From NCBI RefSeq assembly GCF_009914755.1, contig NC_060942.1: a stretch of DNA of 64,000 nt. The stretch is one strand, 5' to 3'. The first letter of the stretch is position 1, and the number at the start of each line of letters is the position of its first letter. A model generated the notes under the pieces. That model ran no database searches and had not been told where the DNA came from. It was given only the letters and a program-made list of their open reading frames with translations. The translations under genes were made by a program, and so were the position numbers. Positions 1 to 12,107 of the stretch are shown piece after piece. The DNA is from the human T2T-CHM13v2.0 reference genome, Homo sapiens.

Positions 1-191
1 AGAGTGGCACACACATCCACGCCGCCTCTCCTTCCCCAGCCGGTCTGTTTGCTGACGTCTTTACACCTCTCCAACTGAGGCTCAATCTGTTGTGCTCCAG
101 AAAACAAAATGACAAATGACATAATCAGCCACAAAGCCCTCTGCCACCAACAGAGGTGTTGGAAGGCAAAAGCAATTGTTAGTTTGGAAGC

Positions 192-300
192 TCATTCACT
201 CATTCACTTATTTATTCAATACATAGTTATTGAGTATTTGCTGAAGGAAACTATAAAATGTTGGCGCTGGCAAAAGCCTTGGACAAATCAAATTGTACAG
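192..300 (-). mobile_element. L2 LINE 3' end fragment
   Basis: CATTCACTCATTCACTTATTTATTCAA...TATTGAGTA resembles the reverse-complemented L2 (TGAA)n tail; highly degenerate. Confidence 0.5.
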
Positions 301-2888
301 TTGCAGAGGGTGAGGCGCAGATGGCTGTGATGATCGGGCTGTGGTTGCAGAACGTGTAGCTTGAGCTGCGGGGACCTGGCCGGGTCCCTGGGTGTCTGGA
401 GCACCTCTCACCTCCTCACAGGCACAGCTCTTCCTTCGCCCACAGTAGGCTCTGCAGGCTGGCCCGTCTGAATCCCAGCTGAGTTACCCCAAAGCCACAA
501 CTAGATCTGAAGACTCTCAGGAACAATGAGGGTCTCATCAGTATAAGTGTGATCGATCTTTAAAAACTCCTGAATTTTAACGAAGCAATGTTTCTGAGGA
601 ATTAGAATGTGCCATTTCATGACCAATGTAATTTTCTCTTGCATTCTTGAGCGTACAATTTTTCTTGAAGATTGTGCTTTTTTATGCTTAAGATTGACTG
701 GGTATACCAAGCAGAGGTCCCAGCATGGGGCGTTTTTCATTTACCAGGAAAATATGGCCCTGAAATCTGTTGGGCTGACTGCTTGGTTACTTTTTGAGCC
801 AATTTGATGAAATTTTGGAAGATATCCCAGTGAAACGAAATTTTCCCTTCTAGGCTACCAAACAGAAGTTGGGTGTTTTTAGTGTAGTCTGTCCACATGC
901 ATTTGCTGTGTGCCCTTCAGAGGTGCAGCTGGGGTCAGTGAAGCACTGTGGGATTCAGAAGTTCCCTGGCCTCTAGGAGCTTGCCGGCTGTCTGGCTGTG
1001 GGGTGGATGGAGATAATGGTAGAGCATGTCTGCAGGCCAGATTACTCTCCTCATTCACTGGCTTGGGTGCTTCAGTGGCACGTGGCAAACAGCAGCACTG
1101 GGTGCACCTTGCTGTGCTCATAGACTGTCTGTGGGTGGGCTGCTGGCACAATGCCTGGGCGTGCCCTGGGCATATTTGTGGCCCTGTGATCTGCGCTCTG
1201 TTCCTGTCACTTTCTCCCACTAATTCAGATGGTTATGTGGCTTGAGATGATGGCAGGTCAGGAACATTAGAGTTATAAAATATTTTTGGCATTTAGAAAC
1301 ATTCTAGACATTCTCCCATCCGTAGGCTGTGGGTTAGCCCTTACAATATCCCATGAAATGAAACATCTCCAGTACGTTTTGAGAAAGGAGAGAGGATGCC
1401 ATTGGGGTGGGCTTTCTCAGGCCCAGTTCTGTCATGGAAATGTTGAAAACCTTTACAAATCATGCCTCTAGGTGCAGAAATTGAAGCATAAGGGAGCCCT
1501 AGGAGGGACTGAATACCATGAGGCGTGGAAAGATCTTTCTTGGTTTCTGCTTTCTTCACTTAGCAGCACAGTGTTTTCTGGTTATTGCATGGAGGATTTA
1601 TTTTGCAATTAATGAGGCAGCAGTAGGTGGCCTTCTACTTTGTGGGAGATCAACACTCCTGATACAAGTTTTTCATTGGCGATCCCGTTACTGAATTGCC
1701 TCAATAATTCCAGGGCACAAAGGCCACTGGAGAGAGATCTAGGAGTTTTCCAACCCCGGGGATGCCCGGAAATGAGACGATGACGGAGGCCATGCGGATT
1801 CCACGAGTTCAGCGAGGTCTTGGAGAGAATGCCCTGGAGGCAGGCGAGCTTTGGTTCTGGGGCTCGAGCACCACGTCCCAGGAATGCTGTGAACCTTCAC
1901 TGCTGACATCTTAACTTAAAAGGTGGATGCATGCTGAAAACACAAACTTGAAATCACTGGTTGAGCTCTTGGCTACATTACAGTTTTTGACAGTCTTTGA
2001 AGCACTGAAATGTGTAATTTGGTTTTATGTCTTTCCTATGGCCTGTGGTCAATTTTTGGAAAACTCACCCTTTTCTAGACATATTCATTTAGTCCTGGGT
2101 GGGGTAAAAGGAGAGGAGACAATATTCCAGGTTGCTGCTGTGACGTTTTGCCACATAGACGACCTGTAGCCAATCTCCTGTGTGAGTGTGTGTGTTTGTG
2201 TGCTTTCTCTAAATCAGCAGTATTTGACTGTGATTATTTTATGGCTTCTGTTTCCCCTCTACCACCTCTGAACAGATACCGAAATTATTGAATTAAGGAT
2301 AGATGCATGGAGCAAACACCTCCTCATGTAGAAGTTATGCAAACCTATGCAAACCCCATACAAATGAGCTGGCCAGGCCAGTGTCTAGTTGGGCAAAAAT
2401 ATCGGAAATATTGTGCACACCAGCCTGTCATTGCTGTCACAGAAGGAGAGCAACAAGGAGAAGGGTTATCTCTGGTGCATTTCTGGATTAAATCATAACT
2501 TTAGAATACTTTTCTCTTTTACAAAGTCTGACTGTCTCTCTAAGTAAGACATCTTGGATAAATGTCCCTTTCCCTCTCCGTGTTTCCGCATTGCATGTTA
2601 ATTTTCAGGTGGCAGTTTTATCTCATTAGTCATTGTCACTTCCACTGATCACCCCTTTGAAGCTACATGTAAACTTTACTTTTAAACTTTCTAAAAATGC
2701 GGCTTTCCCCCCTTGCTTTAGGTTCCAGAAAACGCTTTGTTCCTGGCACTGTCCAACCTTAGGGATCACATAGGAGTCAGGCTCACAGGCTTCTGGGGCC
2801 AGAGGAGCACTTTAATACCAGGTCAGCAGTCACTCAGTTGTTTCTGAAGTTGGAATGGCAGATTTGTCTCAGTGGTTCTCCTTTTAAA

Positions 2889-3027
2889 CCCTTTTATGCC
2901 GGAGGTTGCAATTTTTTGAATTGCAGACGTGTGAAAAATCAGACCTTGGCAATGACCTTGAGCAGTAGGATATAAATAACTCCCACATGCTTAGCGTTCC
3001 AATAATGGAACACTGCGCATAAATGGG
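2889..3027 (-). mobile_element. MER85 non-autonomous piggyBac MITE (PGBD3-derived), complete
   Basis: 139 bp matching the reverse complement of the recalled MER85 consensus; TIRs CCCTTTTATGCC / GCATAAATGGG; TTAA at 3028-3031 and TTAAA at 2884-2888; internal palindrome GTTCCAATAATGGAAC at 2996-3011. Confidence 0.92.
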
Positions 3028-5152
3028 TTAATTAACCTCCGGTGATTTAAGTTTAACTCTGTAAAGTAAGCTGAGAAGTGTGCATGGGAAGTGCAGTTTC
3101 TGTCCGCGATGAAAGGGCTGAAGGTGGTCCAGGTGGCTGCTCTTGGCAGCACCTGAGGGCTGGGGGCACGTCAGACAGACGGCCCAGCCGGTGTGCGGAA
3201 GCGTTGACCAAGATAACGGCCCCTTCTCCACAAGGCTTAATCACTCGACCTGAATGCATGGCAAGGCATTTTTGTCATCAAAAGGATGAGGTCTGTGGTG
3301 GCTTAAAATGTAGCTGTTATTATAGAAGAGTGAGTTACGTCTTTTCTTTAGAACAGAAAGAGACCAAAGCTATCTCATAGAACTAAAACCCCTCAATGAC
3401 AAGTGAGGAAGTAGATGTGAGAGGTCACGCGACCTCCTGAGGTCCCAGCCTTCCTAGGCGGTGGAGCTGTAGAGAGGGCTCTTCACTGCTGCCTGGCCCA
3501 TCTGGGGTGGCCTGCGCTCGGGGACACAGGCGGATGAGGAGGATGTTGTGGAGCCCACTGAAAATGAGAGTCTTAATGGTCACTAGGAAAATTCCGGTTG
3601 CAGACTTTTTACATCACACTTGATATTAGGACAGCCTACCTACTTGTTTGAGTGTCACAGCCTGATATGTAAAATAGTAAAAAAAAAAAAAAAAAGTTGT
3701 CTTTTTAGCTTGTTTTTTATGTGGAGTAGCTGAGAGACTGTATTCTTGCTGGACAGGAACATGAATTCTGTCTTTAGAAAATGCTTAGGAAAAGGGAGTG
3801 TACTGGGGACCGGCTGGTCTGATTTTAGGCATATGCACAAGGACTTTGTAGTATCAAGCGCAATAAAGGTCATGCGTTGGATTCATAGGTAAACCCTTCT
3901 TGCCCTGAAAGAAGCAAATTGTGGAATCTCTGTTTCAGGCTGAGGAATTGGACCAACAGCATTCCTAAGGGGGAAGTTGCTTCAGCAAATATGGCAGCAG
4001 TAGGGAGACCCCATTTTGGCATCTGGACATTGTAGAAACTCAAGATACTTTCTGTCTTGCTTGGAATTTCCCCTCACACAGGGCTTACCCTCCACACACC
4101 AACATGCATATTCTTGCATGACATGCTCACATCCTGGAAAGCTGAGCTGGACCTTGTGGCTGGGATGGCCTCAAAGTTGATTATGTTGTAGGGTTTCTTC
4201 TGTAGAAGCATCCGCTGATCAGCTGCATGTGTGGGGTCATACTGTGCCCGAGCCCAGGGAATACCAGTGGCTCCTGTGTGTGGAAGCCTGGCGTGGGTGC
4301 AGGGCTTCTTCACCATCTCCCTGCAAAGTCAGCTGCATCGTGCATGTCACCTGGACTTACTAATAACATCAAACATATCTTCCCTATCCAGTGGCTTGTA
4401 CACAAAGTTAAATCTGTAGAAGAAGCAGAATGTGTTTTAAAGAATCAACTGGCACCTTGAAATGTTAAGCATTGTATACTGACTGAGCTATGATGGTGGT
4501 AGTCTGGTGACTCCCAAGGGGGAAAAGTAACTTTGTGTGGTTTTTCAGGGAATACATATTCTTGAATACCTGCAAGAAATAGCATAGCTGCTGTGGCTTA
4601 AATATACATGCTCCTATGAGGCTATAAGCCTTCTCTAGTAGAAATAAACCATCATGTATATATTTTGATATGTGTGCTTTTAATGTTTGTACAAAAAGAA
4701 TTGTATTTGGGGTTTTGTGTGTGAGACTGAGGACTGTGTGCTGAGGAAGGCAGAATTTGTAAAGTTGGAGCTTTGGGACTCCCAAGTACCCTGGAAGATC
4801 ACTGGCTCCCCTCTCATACTGTGCAAAGAGAAGACCTGAGGCTGCGAGGCGGGGTGCCTTGCCCAGGACCCCACCGGCAGCCCAGGGTGGAGGCAGGAGC
4901 AGAACCAGCGCTCTTGCCTCTTCCGTCAAGGGCTCCTGCGCCTGGCGGGCATCTCTCGTGCATCCCTCCAGCGCGGTTTCACGAGTGCTGTGCCCAGAAG
5001 CCAGGAGGCATGACCTGTCATGTTAGAGCAGGAACAGAGTGCCGTAGATGACTTCTGCTTCGCAAGAGGCGACCGCCAAATCAGACCGGGCTGTGATTCT
5101 TCTGTATAAGCTTGTGAGATGTTTTAGGGTCCTCTGTCAGGATAGGCTGAGG

Positions 5153-5435
5153 TATATGAATCTGCTAGGGCTGTCCTAACAAAGTACCACAGACCGGGTG
5201 ACTTAAATGACAGAAATGTATTTTCTGTCAGGTCTGGAGGCTCTAAATCCAAGATCAAGGTGCTGTCAGGGTTGGCTTCTGGTCAGGCCTGTCTTCCGGG
5301 CTCAGAGACTGCCACCATGTCCCTGGGTCCTCATGTGGCCTCTTCTCTGGGCACACATGAGGGGTCTTTTCCTTTTCCAGTAAGGACACCAGCCCCGTCA
5401 GATTAGGGACCCACCCTAGGACTTCTCTTAACCTT
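5153..5435 (-). mobile_element. MaLR LTR (MLT1A/MLT1B-like), partial
   Basis: TGCTAGGGCTGTCCTAACAAAGTACCACAGACCGGGTGACTTAAA...TCCAAGATCAAGGTG...GGACACCAG...GATTAGGGACCCACCCTA are MLT1 hallmarks. Confidence 0.8.
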
Positions 5436-5533
5436 TTTTTTTTTTTTTTAAAGAACTCTTAGGCTCAAGCAATCCTCCTGCCTCAGCCTTTCAAAGTGCT
5501 GGGATTACAGGCGTGAGCCACAGAACCTGGCCA
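5436..5533 (-). mobile_element. Alu left-monomer (FLAM/AluJ) fragment
   Basis: T tract then GGCTCAAGCAATCCTCCTGCCTCAGCC...CAAAGTGCTGGGATTACAGGCGTGAGCCAC. Confidence 0.85.
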
Positions 5534-5749
5534 TAAACAGCCTTTTATTATTTAATTTAAAGCATTTTAAAATAATAAAAACAAGAAAATTTAGCAACAA
5601 AGAAAAGAGCAGAAGCCATCCATTCTGCCACTATTTTCACACAACCACATTTTCCTTTGTGTGCATTTCTTTTCAGCCTTTAAAAATTGTTTTAAGACCT
5701 GCTTTCCACAAGGTCATGACCACACAGCTGTGTGAGGAGGCCGTGAGCT

Positions 5750-5930
5750 TTGAGGGCAGGCTGACCAGGGTGGGTTTCTGGAGCCACCATGGACTCGTTA
5801 TGTGCCCTGGGCAGTCAGTTCACCTGTCTGCACCCAGGTTCTTTGTCTGTGTAGCGAGGGGATTCCTTCCCCGCCAGCGGGTTCTCGTGGGTTTGCGGGA
5901 GATGGTGTTCATGAGAGCGCCTGGCCTTTC
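5750..5930 (+). mobile_element. MIR SINE, degenerate
   Basis: TGTGCCCTGGGCAGTCAGTTCACCTGTCTGCACCCAGGTTCTTTGTCTGTG resembles the MIR core. Confidence 0.5.
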
Positions 5931-6368
5931 ATGGTGCACAGTTCACGACTTCCTCTTCTCACCTGGGTACTTGTTTTTTATTTTGCTTCGTGTTCTGAAA
6001 GGAAATCACTGCCCTCTTTGATAAGAGAAGGCCTCTGTCCCCGAGGATGTTCGCTGAGCAGGGATCAGAGCTAAGCCACTCTGGGTACTAAGGGGCCTCT
6101 GCATTTTGGAAGGGACTTTGCCACTGAGGCCCGAGGTGGGGATCATAGCACCGTTTGGTGTTTTCTGGCCAGTAGAGTCACATGGCCCTTTCTCTGTTGC
6201 TCTGTGGTGCACCTGTGGGTGCTGGGACCACTTAACCCTCATTACCTACCAGAGCTGCTGGCCAGCACAGGCACTTTCTGGAAGGGGAGCGCCTGTTCCA
6301 GTCATCAAAACACTGTCTCCTGAATCCAAAGTCATGATGTTGGTGCCCAAATTTAAAGTTTAATGTTG

Positions 6369-6671
6369 GGCCCAGTGCAGTGGCTCATGCCTGTAATCCC
6401 AGCACTTTGGGGGGCTGAGGTGGGAGGATGGCTTGAAGCCAGGTGTCCAAGACCAGCTTGGGTAACATAATGAGACCCTGTCTCTACAAAAAAGTTTTTA
6501 AAGAAATTAGCTGGGCATGGTGGCATGCACCTGTACTCCCAGCTACTTGGGAGGCCGAGACAGGAGGATCACTTCAGCCCAGGAGGTTGAGGCTGCAGTG
6601 AACTATAATCCCACCACTGCACTCCAGCTAGGGTGACAGAGTGAGACCGTCTCTAAAACAAAAAATAATAA
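6369..6671 (+). mobile_element. AluJ
   Basis: Full dimeric Alu with AluJ-type GGAGGATCACTT/GAGGCTGCAGTG; A tail; degenerate TSD AAAGTTTAATGTTG / AAGTCCAGTGTTG. Confidence 0.92.
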
Positions 6672-7146
6672 GTCCAGTGTTGAAGTCCCTACCAGGCCCA
6701 TCGGTGGTATCTAAGATGCTGGACAGGCCTTGCTTTGATGGTTCAGGTGCTAAGGCATGTGGCTGGGGCCAGGATTTGGACTGAAGCTGAAAGTGGAGGC
6801 TGGGCCCTCTCTTAGTTATAGGCGCTAACCAGGAAGATGCATGGGGCATGCAGCAGGCAGAGCCTGGGTAAGACATGGACATGGCCTGACATGGGGACAC
6901 CCTAGGGGGACAGGCCTGCCACAGTGATGGGTAAGCCAGATGATTACTGAGAGGCAGCCTCCCTGCTGCTGTTGAGGGGCAGGGCTCTGGTTCCAGGGTG
7001 CAATGGTGCACAAGCTGGGGGTGGGGATCAGTGTTTAGAGACCTTGGAGATTCCTGGCATCTATCACTAGGAAGCCAGCATTATGGTCCTGGTAGGAATC
7101 CTGGGGCTGGAGGCCTGCCTGGAGCTTAAATGGAAATGCACAATGT

Positions 7147-7580
7147 TGGAGCTGCTCTGGGCACGGTGATGTTGCTGCTCCGGGCACGGTGATGGACCTG
7201 CTCTAGGCACAGTGGTGGAGCTGCTCTGGGCACAGTGATGGAGCTGCTGTGGGCATGGTGATGGAGCTGCTCCAGGTATGGTGATGGAGCTGCTCCGGGC
7301 ACGGCAATTTTGCTGCTCTGGGCACGGTGATGGAGCTGCTCCGGGCACGGTGATGGAGCTGCTCTGGGCACGGTGATGGGAGCTGCTCTGGGCATGGTGA
7401 TGGAGCTGCTCTGGGCACGGTGATGGAGCTGCTCTGGGCATGGTGATGTTGCTGCTTTGGGCATGGTGATGGAGCTGCTCTGGGCATGGTGATGGAGCTG
7501 CATTGTGCATGGTGATGGAGCTGCTGTGGGCATGGTGATGTTGCCGCTTTGGGCATGGTGATGGAGCTGCTCTGGGCACA
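7147..7580. repeat. 23-bp minisatellite, ~19 copies (TGGAGCTGCTCTGGGCACGGTGA)
   Basis: Tandem units read directly; 434 bp / 23 is about 18.9 copies. Confidence 0.97.
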
Positions 7581-8416
7581 GCTCCTTGGGGGTCACTTGA
7601 TGCGGACAGGACGTGCTGCGGGGCCACTGGCCTGTGGCAGTCTGGTTGAAGTCCATCCTGCCTGAACTTGGGATTGCTCTGAGACATCCGTGGGCCTTGC
7701 CACACTCTGGGAAAGCAGGCATCCATACGTCATGCGTAGTCTGACCATGTGGGCTTGTCCAAAATTACTCCATTCTTGAAATTCTGGGGGAGCATCCACA
7801 GGCTGCCTTCATCACTGCCTCTGACATTCTAAAAGGGAGTGCTTAACTTAGAGTCATGATTTTACGTAGTATGTAGGCATTTAAGGGACATTTGTATTAT
7901 AACAAAAAAAGGAAGAGGTGTTGATGTCCTTGGAAAAGTGACTATCATTTCTATAAATTCCTGCCCAGTTAGTGTGAGATCGGAGCACCCTTCCCTGCCA
8001 GGGGCTTGCTTACACTGTGCTGGATGGTGGACGGGGTGACTGTAGCTCAATGCTGGCGAGACCCTCTTTCTGAAATAGACACATTTTAGCAAACGTAGTG
8101 GAGTTTCTCAAGCATATAGTGTGCCTGTTTGATATCTTAAAGCAAAAGCATTTAAAAATCTTTGTTTAGCGGTTTGGTTTTGAACATGTGCCCTTTCCTG
8201 GTCTCATCACAAGGTGGGTAGCATCTATCCTCTGCCTTACACCTCCCCACCTTAGAGGAAGAAAAGCCTGAGCAGCTGGCTGCAGGGGCCAGACACCTAT
8301 GGAACTGGGACAAGAGCACTCGTGAGCCCTGAGTTTGAGACTAAAGCCCTCTGTGACACAGCCTTTTATTTTTAGTGGGAAGACCAGGCTGGTGTGACAC
8401 TTAAAAGTGAATTTCA

Positions 8417-8710
8417 GGACTGGGTGTGGCAACTCACACCTGTAATTCTAGCATTTTGGGAGGTCGAGGCAGGAGGATCACTTGAGCTCAGGAGTTTGAG
8501 ACCAGCCTGGACAACACAGCAAGACCCCATCTATAAAAAAATAGAAATTTAGTCAGGTATAGTGGTGCACAGCTGTAATCCAAGCTACTCAGGAGGCTGA
8601 AGCAGGAGGACCACTTGAGCCTGGGAGGTTGAGGCTGCAGTGAGCTATGATCATGCCACTTACCCTCCAGCCTGGGCGATAGAGCAAGACCCTGTCTCTT
8701 AAAAAAAAAA
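8417..8710 (+). mobile_element. AluJ
   Basis: Full dimeric Alu; degenerate TSD AAAAGTGAATTTCA / AAAGGTAAATTTCA. Confidence 0.92.
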
Positions 8711-10278
8711 GGTAAATTTCAGGAAGCAGATTTGTGACTTCTACATGGCTGCTGGTGGTGACGTCTGCATTGGTGGTGGTGGGTGTTTTAGGGTCCTCAT
8801 GTCTGGAGGATATTTTTCCCCACACTGAAGGCAGCCCACCTGTGTTCCCCTGGTGCCTGCACACATCAGCCTCTCATGGCTCAGTTGCTGGCTTTGTGTG
8901 AACACAGAGACAATGTGTTTGATTTGGGAACAGCTGGTCACAGCCCATGTGGCTCTGCCCCATGCTTCACACATCTTGGTTCCTGCAAATTCCATGCCCC
9001 AGCCTGGCTTCCGGTTCCTGCTTGTCTCTGGAGAGCCGTGGTTCCAGGGCCAGCAGGTGCCTCCTTACAGTTGGAGTCTGTCCAGGCACAGCAGAGAGCC
9101 AGGCCCGCAGAGGGGGCCGGCAGCCTCTTCCCACTCTCCTGCCCACCCCGCGCCTGTGCTCTGCCTCAGCCACAAGGCCACCTCACCAGGCAGAACAGAT
9201 GGCAGTGGTGAGGGCTGGAGCCCTCTGCAGGGCCTGGGAACTAGAGGGCAGGTTCTGTTCTGATGGCCTTTTTTCCCAAGGACATGACATTCGCGGGGTC
9301 AGCCATGACTGCTGCCCCAAGGGAGGCCTGCAATAAGGCACCCGGTGCCAGCATGGAGCCCCATTGTCCTCACTCTTCCTCCTGGGCCTGTCCCGGTAGA
9401 GATACCCGGAACCCTCTCCTTCTCCTGGCTTATTTCGGGGTGGGTGTGTGAGAATTGGCTGTGAGATGAGTGACAGCAGGATGAAGGAATTTGGCATCTT
9501 TAGTTCATCTTTATATGATCAGCCCCTGCACCCAAGAATTTCTTGGTGGCGTTCACACTAAGAAGTGTCAGAGTGGGCAGAGGGAATGCATTGGGTTGTA
9601 TTTCAGTGAGGGGTCTAGGCTGCTGAGGATTTCTCTCTGGAGGCCTCCATCTGGTCTTGCATTTCTGAGGCTGAACAGACACCTCTCATGATCAGAGATG
9701 GGGTGTGGGAAGGAAGGAAGGGTGGTGAACTGGGAGCCGGCAGCGCGTCCCAGCGCTGAACCCGTGGCACCTGGCTGCTTGGCTGTGAGGGCTGATCTTC
9801 CAGTGCCCGAGTCCCCGCTGTGAGCGCCCTGAGGAGCATGTGTGTCTCCGCACTATGCCCTCAGCGGCCGCTGGAGTGGGGCTCGTGTGTGCCCTGCAGC
9901 TGAAGGGGAAGGAGGCCGAACTGGCCGGGGTGTCCGTGGTTGGGGGGGTACAGGTGTTGGGAGTGGGAAGCATTTCCAGCCAGTGAGTTTAGGGATGCTG
10001 CCTACTCGGTCCTATCTTGGAGAGCCTCAGTGTACCTTTAGCGTGCTGGAGACGCCAGTGGTCCTTCTGTACAGAAAACCTCAGTGTTATTTAACCCAGA
10101 ATGTCCTAAATGTATGCGAACCCAGAACACTCTTTCCCCACAACTCCAGTCAGCGCAGAGTAACCTGTGCTGGACCAGATGAGCTTGAAGGAGACTTCCC
10201 GCTGGACCATTCTCGAACTTGAGAGTGGAGTAGAGGGTGCTGTTGCATATTTAGAGGGTGATAGGGTGACAGAAGGCT

Positions 10279-10303
10279 GGGGCTTGGGGCGAGGGGGGTG
10301 GGG
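10279..10303 (+). other. Potential G-quadruplex motif
   Basis: GGGG-CTT-GGGG-CGA-GGGGGG-T-GGGG: four runs of at least 4 G with loops of 3, 3 and 1 nt. Confidence 0.65.
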
Positions 10304-11568
10304 AAGATTCTCTTAACAGAGCTCTGGCTCTGCATTCTAAAATTAAGTCCTGTGGGTCACGTCTGCACCCACAGTGCCAGCAGGAACCGTAGGGGTGGCC
10401 TCATCTCTTCAGCTGAACTTGCACGTGCAGAGACGGAAGCTCACCTTGTCCCCAGGAGCCAAGGGTGGTGGCACAAAACGACCACGTTTCTGTCATGCTC
10501 ATGCACTCTTTCCTGTCCCTCTCCTTAATGGATTGTAAGTTTCTTGAAGCAAGATTCTTTCTGTGTGAATTTTGTGACCCTCACTAGGCCCCATTGCCCA
10601 TCGTGCACCTCCTGTGGAGTAAGTGATGGATGGCCTAAAGAAACCATAGGGACCAGGCGTCCTCTGTCCCCTTCCTTTCTCTGCAGGGTCTGAGGTGGGC
10701 GTCATTGGGCAGACAGGCAGGAGAGCTCCTGGGAGGTTTTATGGGTTTGATGGCAGGGGAGGGACCAGCCCCGCTGGGCAGCCCTCTCCTGACCGCCTAC
10801 CAAGTGCTGTCTTACCCTGCCCCAACCCTCAGTTTCCCTCCACTCTCTCCCCCTCCCAGATACGTACATATAAATGTGATGATGTTTAGAAGCTGAAGCA
10901 TTTGAATAAATCAGATGCTTTGCCCAACCCTGGGATAAAGGCTGTAGTTATTTTAACAACAACAACAACACAGACCCTGCAGTCTTCAGCTATTTCTGGA
11001 TGTGGACTGGTAATTAGCATGCCACTTGTAATTCACTGCTGTCGCCGGCTGTTTGTTTCCTTGTTTCCAACGCAGCCCAGTTTGGGAGACTGGGTTTATT
11101 TCATTTGGAAATGTGATTCAGTGGAGACCTCTAAAATGCCATCACAAGATTAGTGGTTTTCTGTAGCCAGAGTTTGCCAAACCTGGCGTTTGAAGCTCGA
11201 TGATTAGTTTTCAGCAGCTCTGTGCAGGGGAGTAACAGCTTGCTGCGATGGTATTTCACTTCAGAGAAAACTGTTAAAAGCAACTGCTTCAAGAAGCACT
11301 GGCACTACCTGGGGAATGGGATACTTGAGGGGGACAGATTTGGGGATAGGTTAAAGGAAACTCACAGGGCTTTGCTGTTTCAGCCTCAGAGACCTTTTAC
11401 ATTTTCAGTTAAATACTTACTGATGTGCATGGAGGCCAAATGCAGATGAGTGTCCTGCATGAAATTTATTCTGCCCCAAGTGGAAGGGGAATGTATGCCC
11501 TGGTGAGAAGGTTCCTGGAGGCCAGAACGCCTTGCTAGCTCTGCAACTACAGAGGGAAAGGAGGAAAA

Positions 11569-11778
11569 CATGCACTGCTGTTACACGCAGTTATGGTACA
11601 TGCAGTTGTTATGTTTATGCAGTTATGGTACATGCAGTTACTGTTACATGCTGTTATGTTACATGCAGTTGTGTTACATGCAGTCATGTTTATGCAGTTT
11701 TGTTATATGGAGTTATGTTACGTGCAGTTATGTTACATGCAGTGCAGTTATGTTACATGCAGTTACTGTTATATGCAG
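11569..11778. repeat. ~15-bp minisatellite, ~13-14 copies (CATGCAGTTATGTTA)
   Basis: Degenerate tandem units read directly. Confidence 0.93.
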
Positions 11779-12107
11779 ATTTGGAGCCCGACCTGCTGCT
11801 GACTGTAAAATGAGAACTTGGCCATGGTCCAAGAGGAAAGCTTTTGGTTCCTGCTTTTTAGAAAGATTTATTGGGGGTAGGCTTTAATGAATAGACAGAT
11901 TCTTTAGACTTCTCCAGTGGCCTGGGGCTGTCTGCCCTGGGCACTCAGCTGACCTCAGAGCTGCCCACAGGGAAGGCACCGGAGGGCAGGAGTGCACCCC
12001 TGCAGGGCACATGCTGGACAGCAGCCATGTGGTGCCTAGACCCCGGCCCAGATGTCTCGTCAGATCCGTTGAGGGGGAAATAGGTTAACTTTGTCTTCTG
12101 AAGACAA

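Noticed and set aside
1618-1634. CTCF-like motif GCAGTAGGTGGCCT (similar at ~36259)
   Set aside because: Three mismatches to the core consensus; expected by chance in 64 kb
2927-3030. Possible small structured ncRNA gene
   Set aside because: Fully explained by MER85 with its TIRs and TTAA flanks
7147-7580. CRISPR-like regular repeat
   Set aside because: The units are contiguous with no unique spacers, the DNA is primate, and there are no cas genes
7067-7726. 219, 198 and 117-aa His/Pro/Ser-rich minus-strand ORFs
   Set aside because: All three frames are open only because the 23-bp repeat has no stop codon on that strand; no other gene features are present
8853-10222. Cluster of overlapping 90-136-aa ORFs in GC-rich unique DNA
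   Set aside because: Open on both strands and in several frames, no recognisable domain; expected from GC content
11532-11887. Cys/Tyr/Met-rich repetitive ORFs
   Set aside because: Translations of the 15-bp minisatellite
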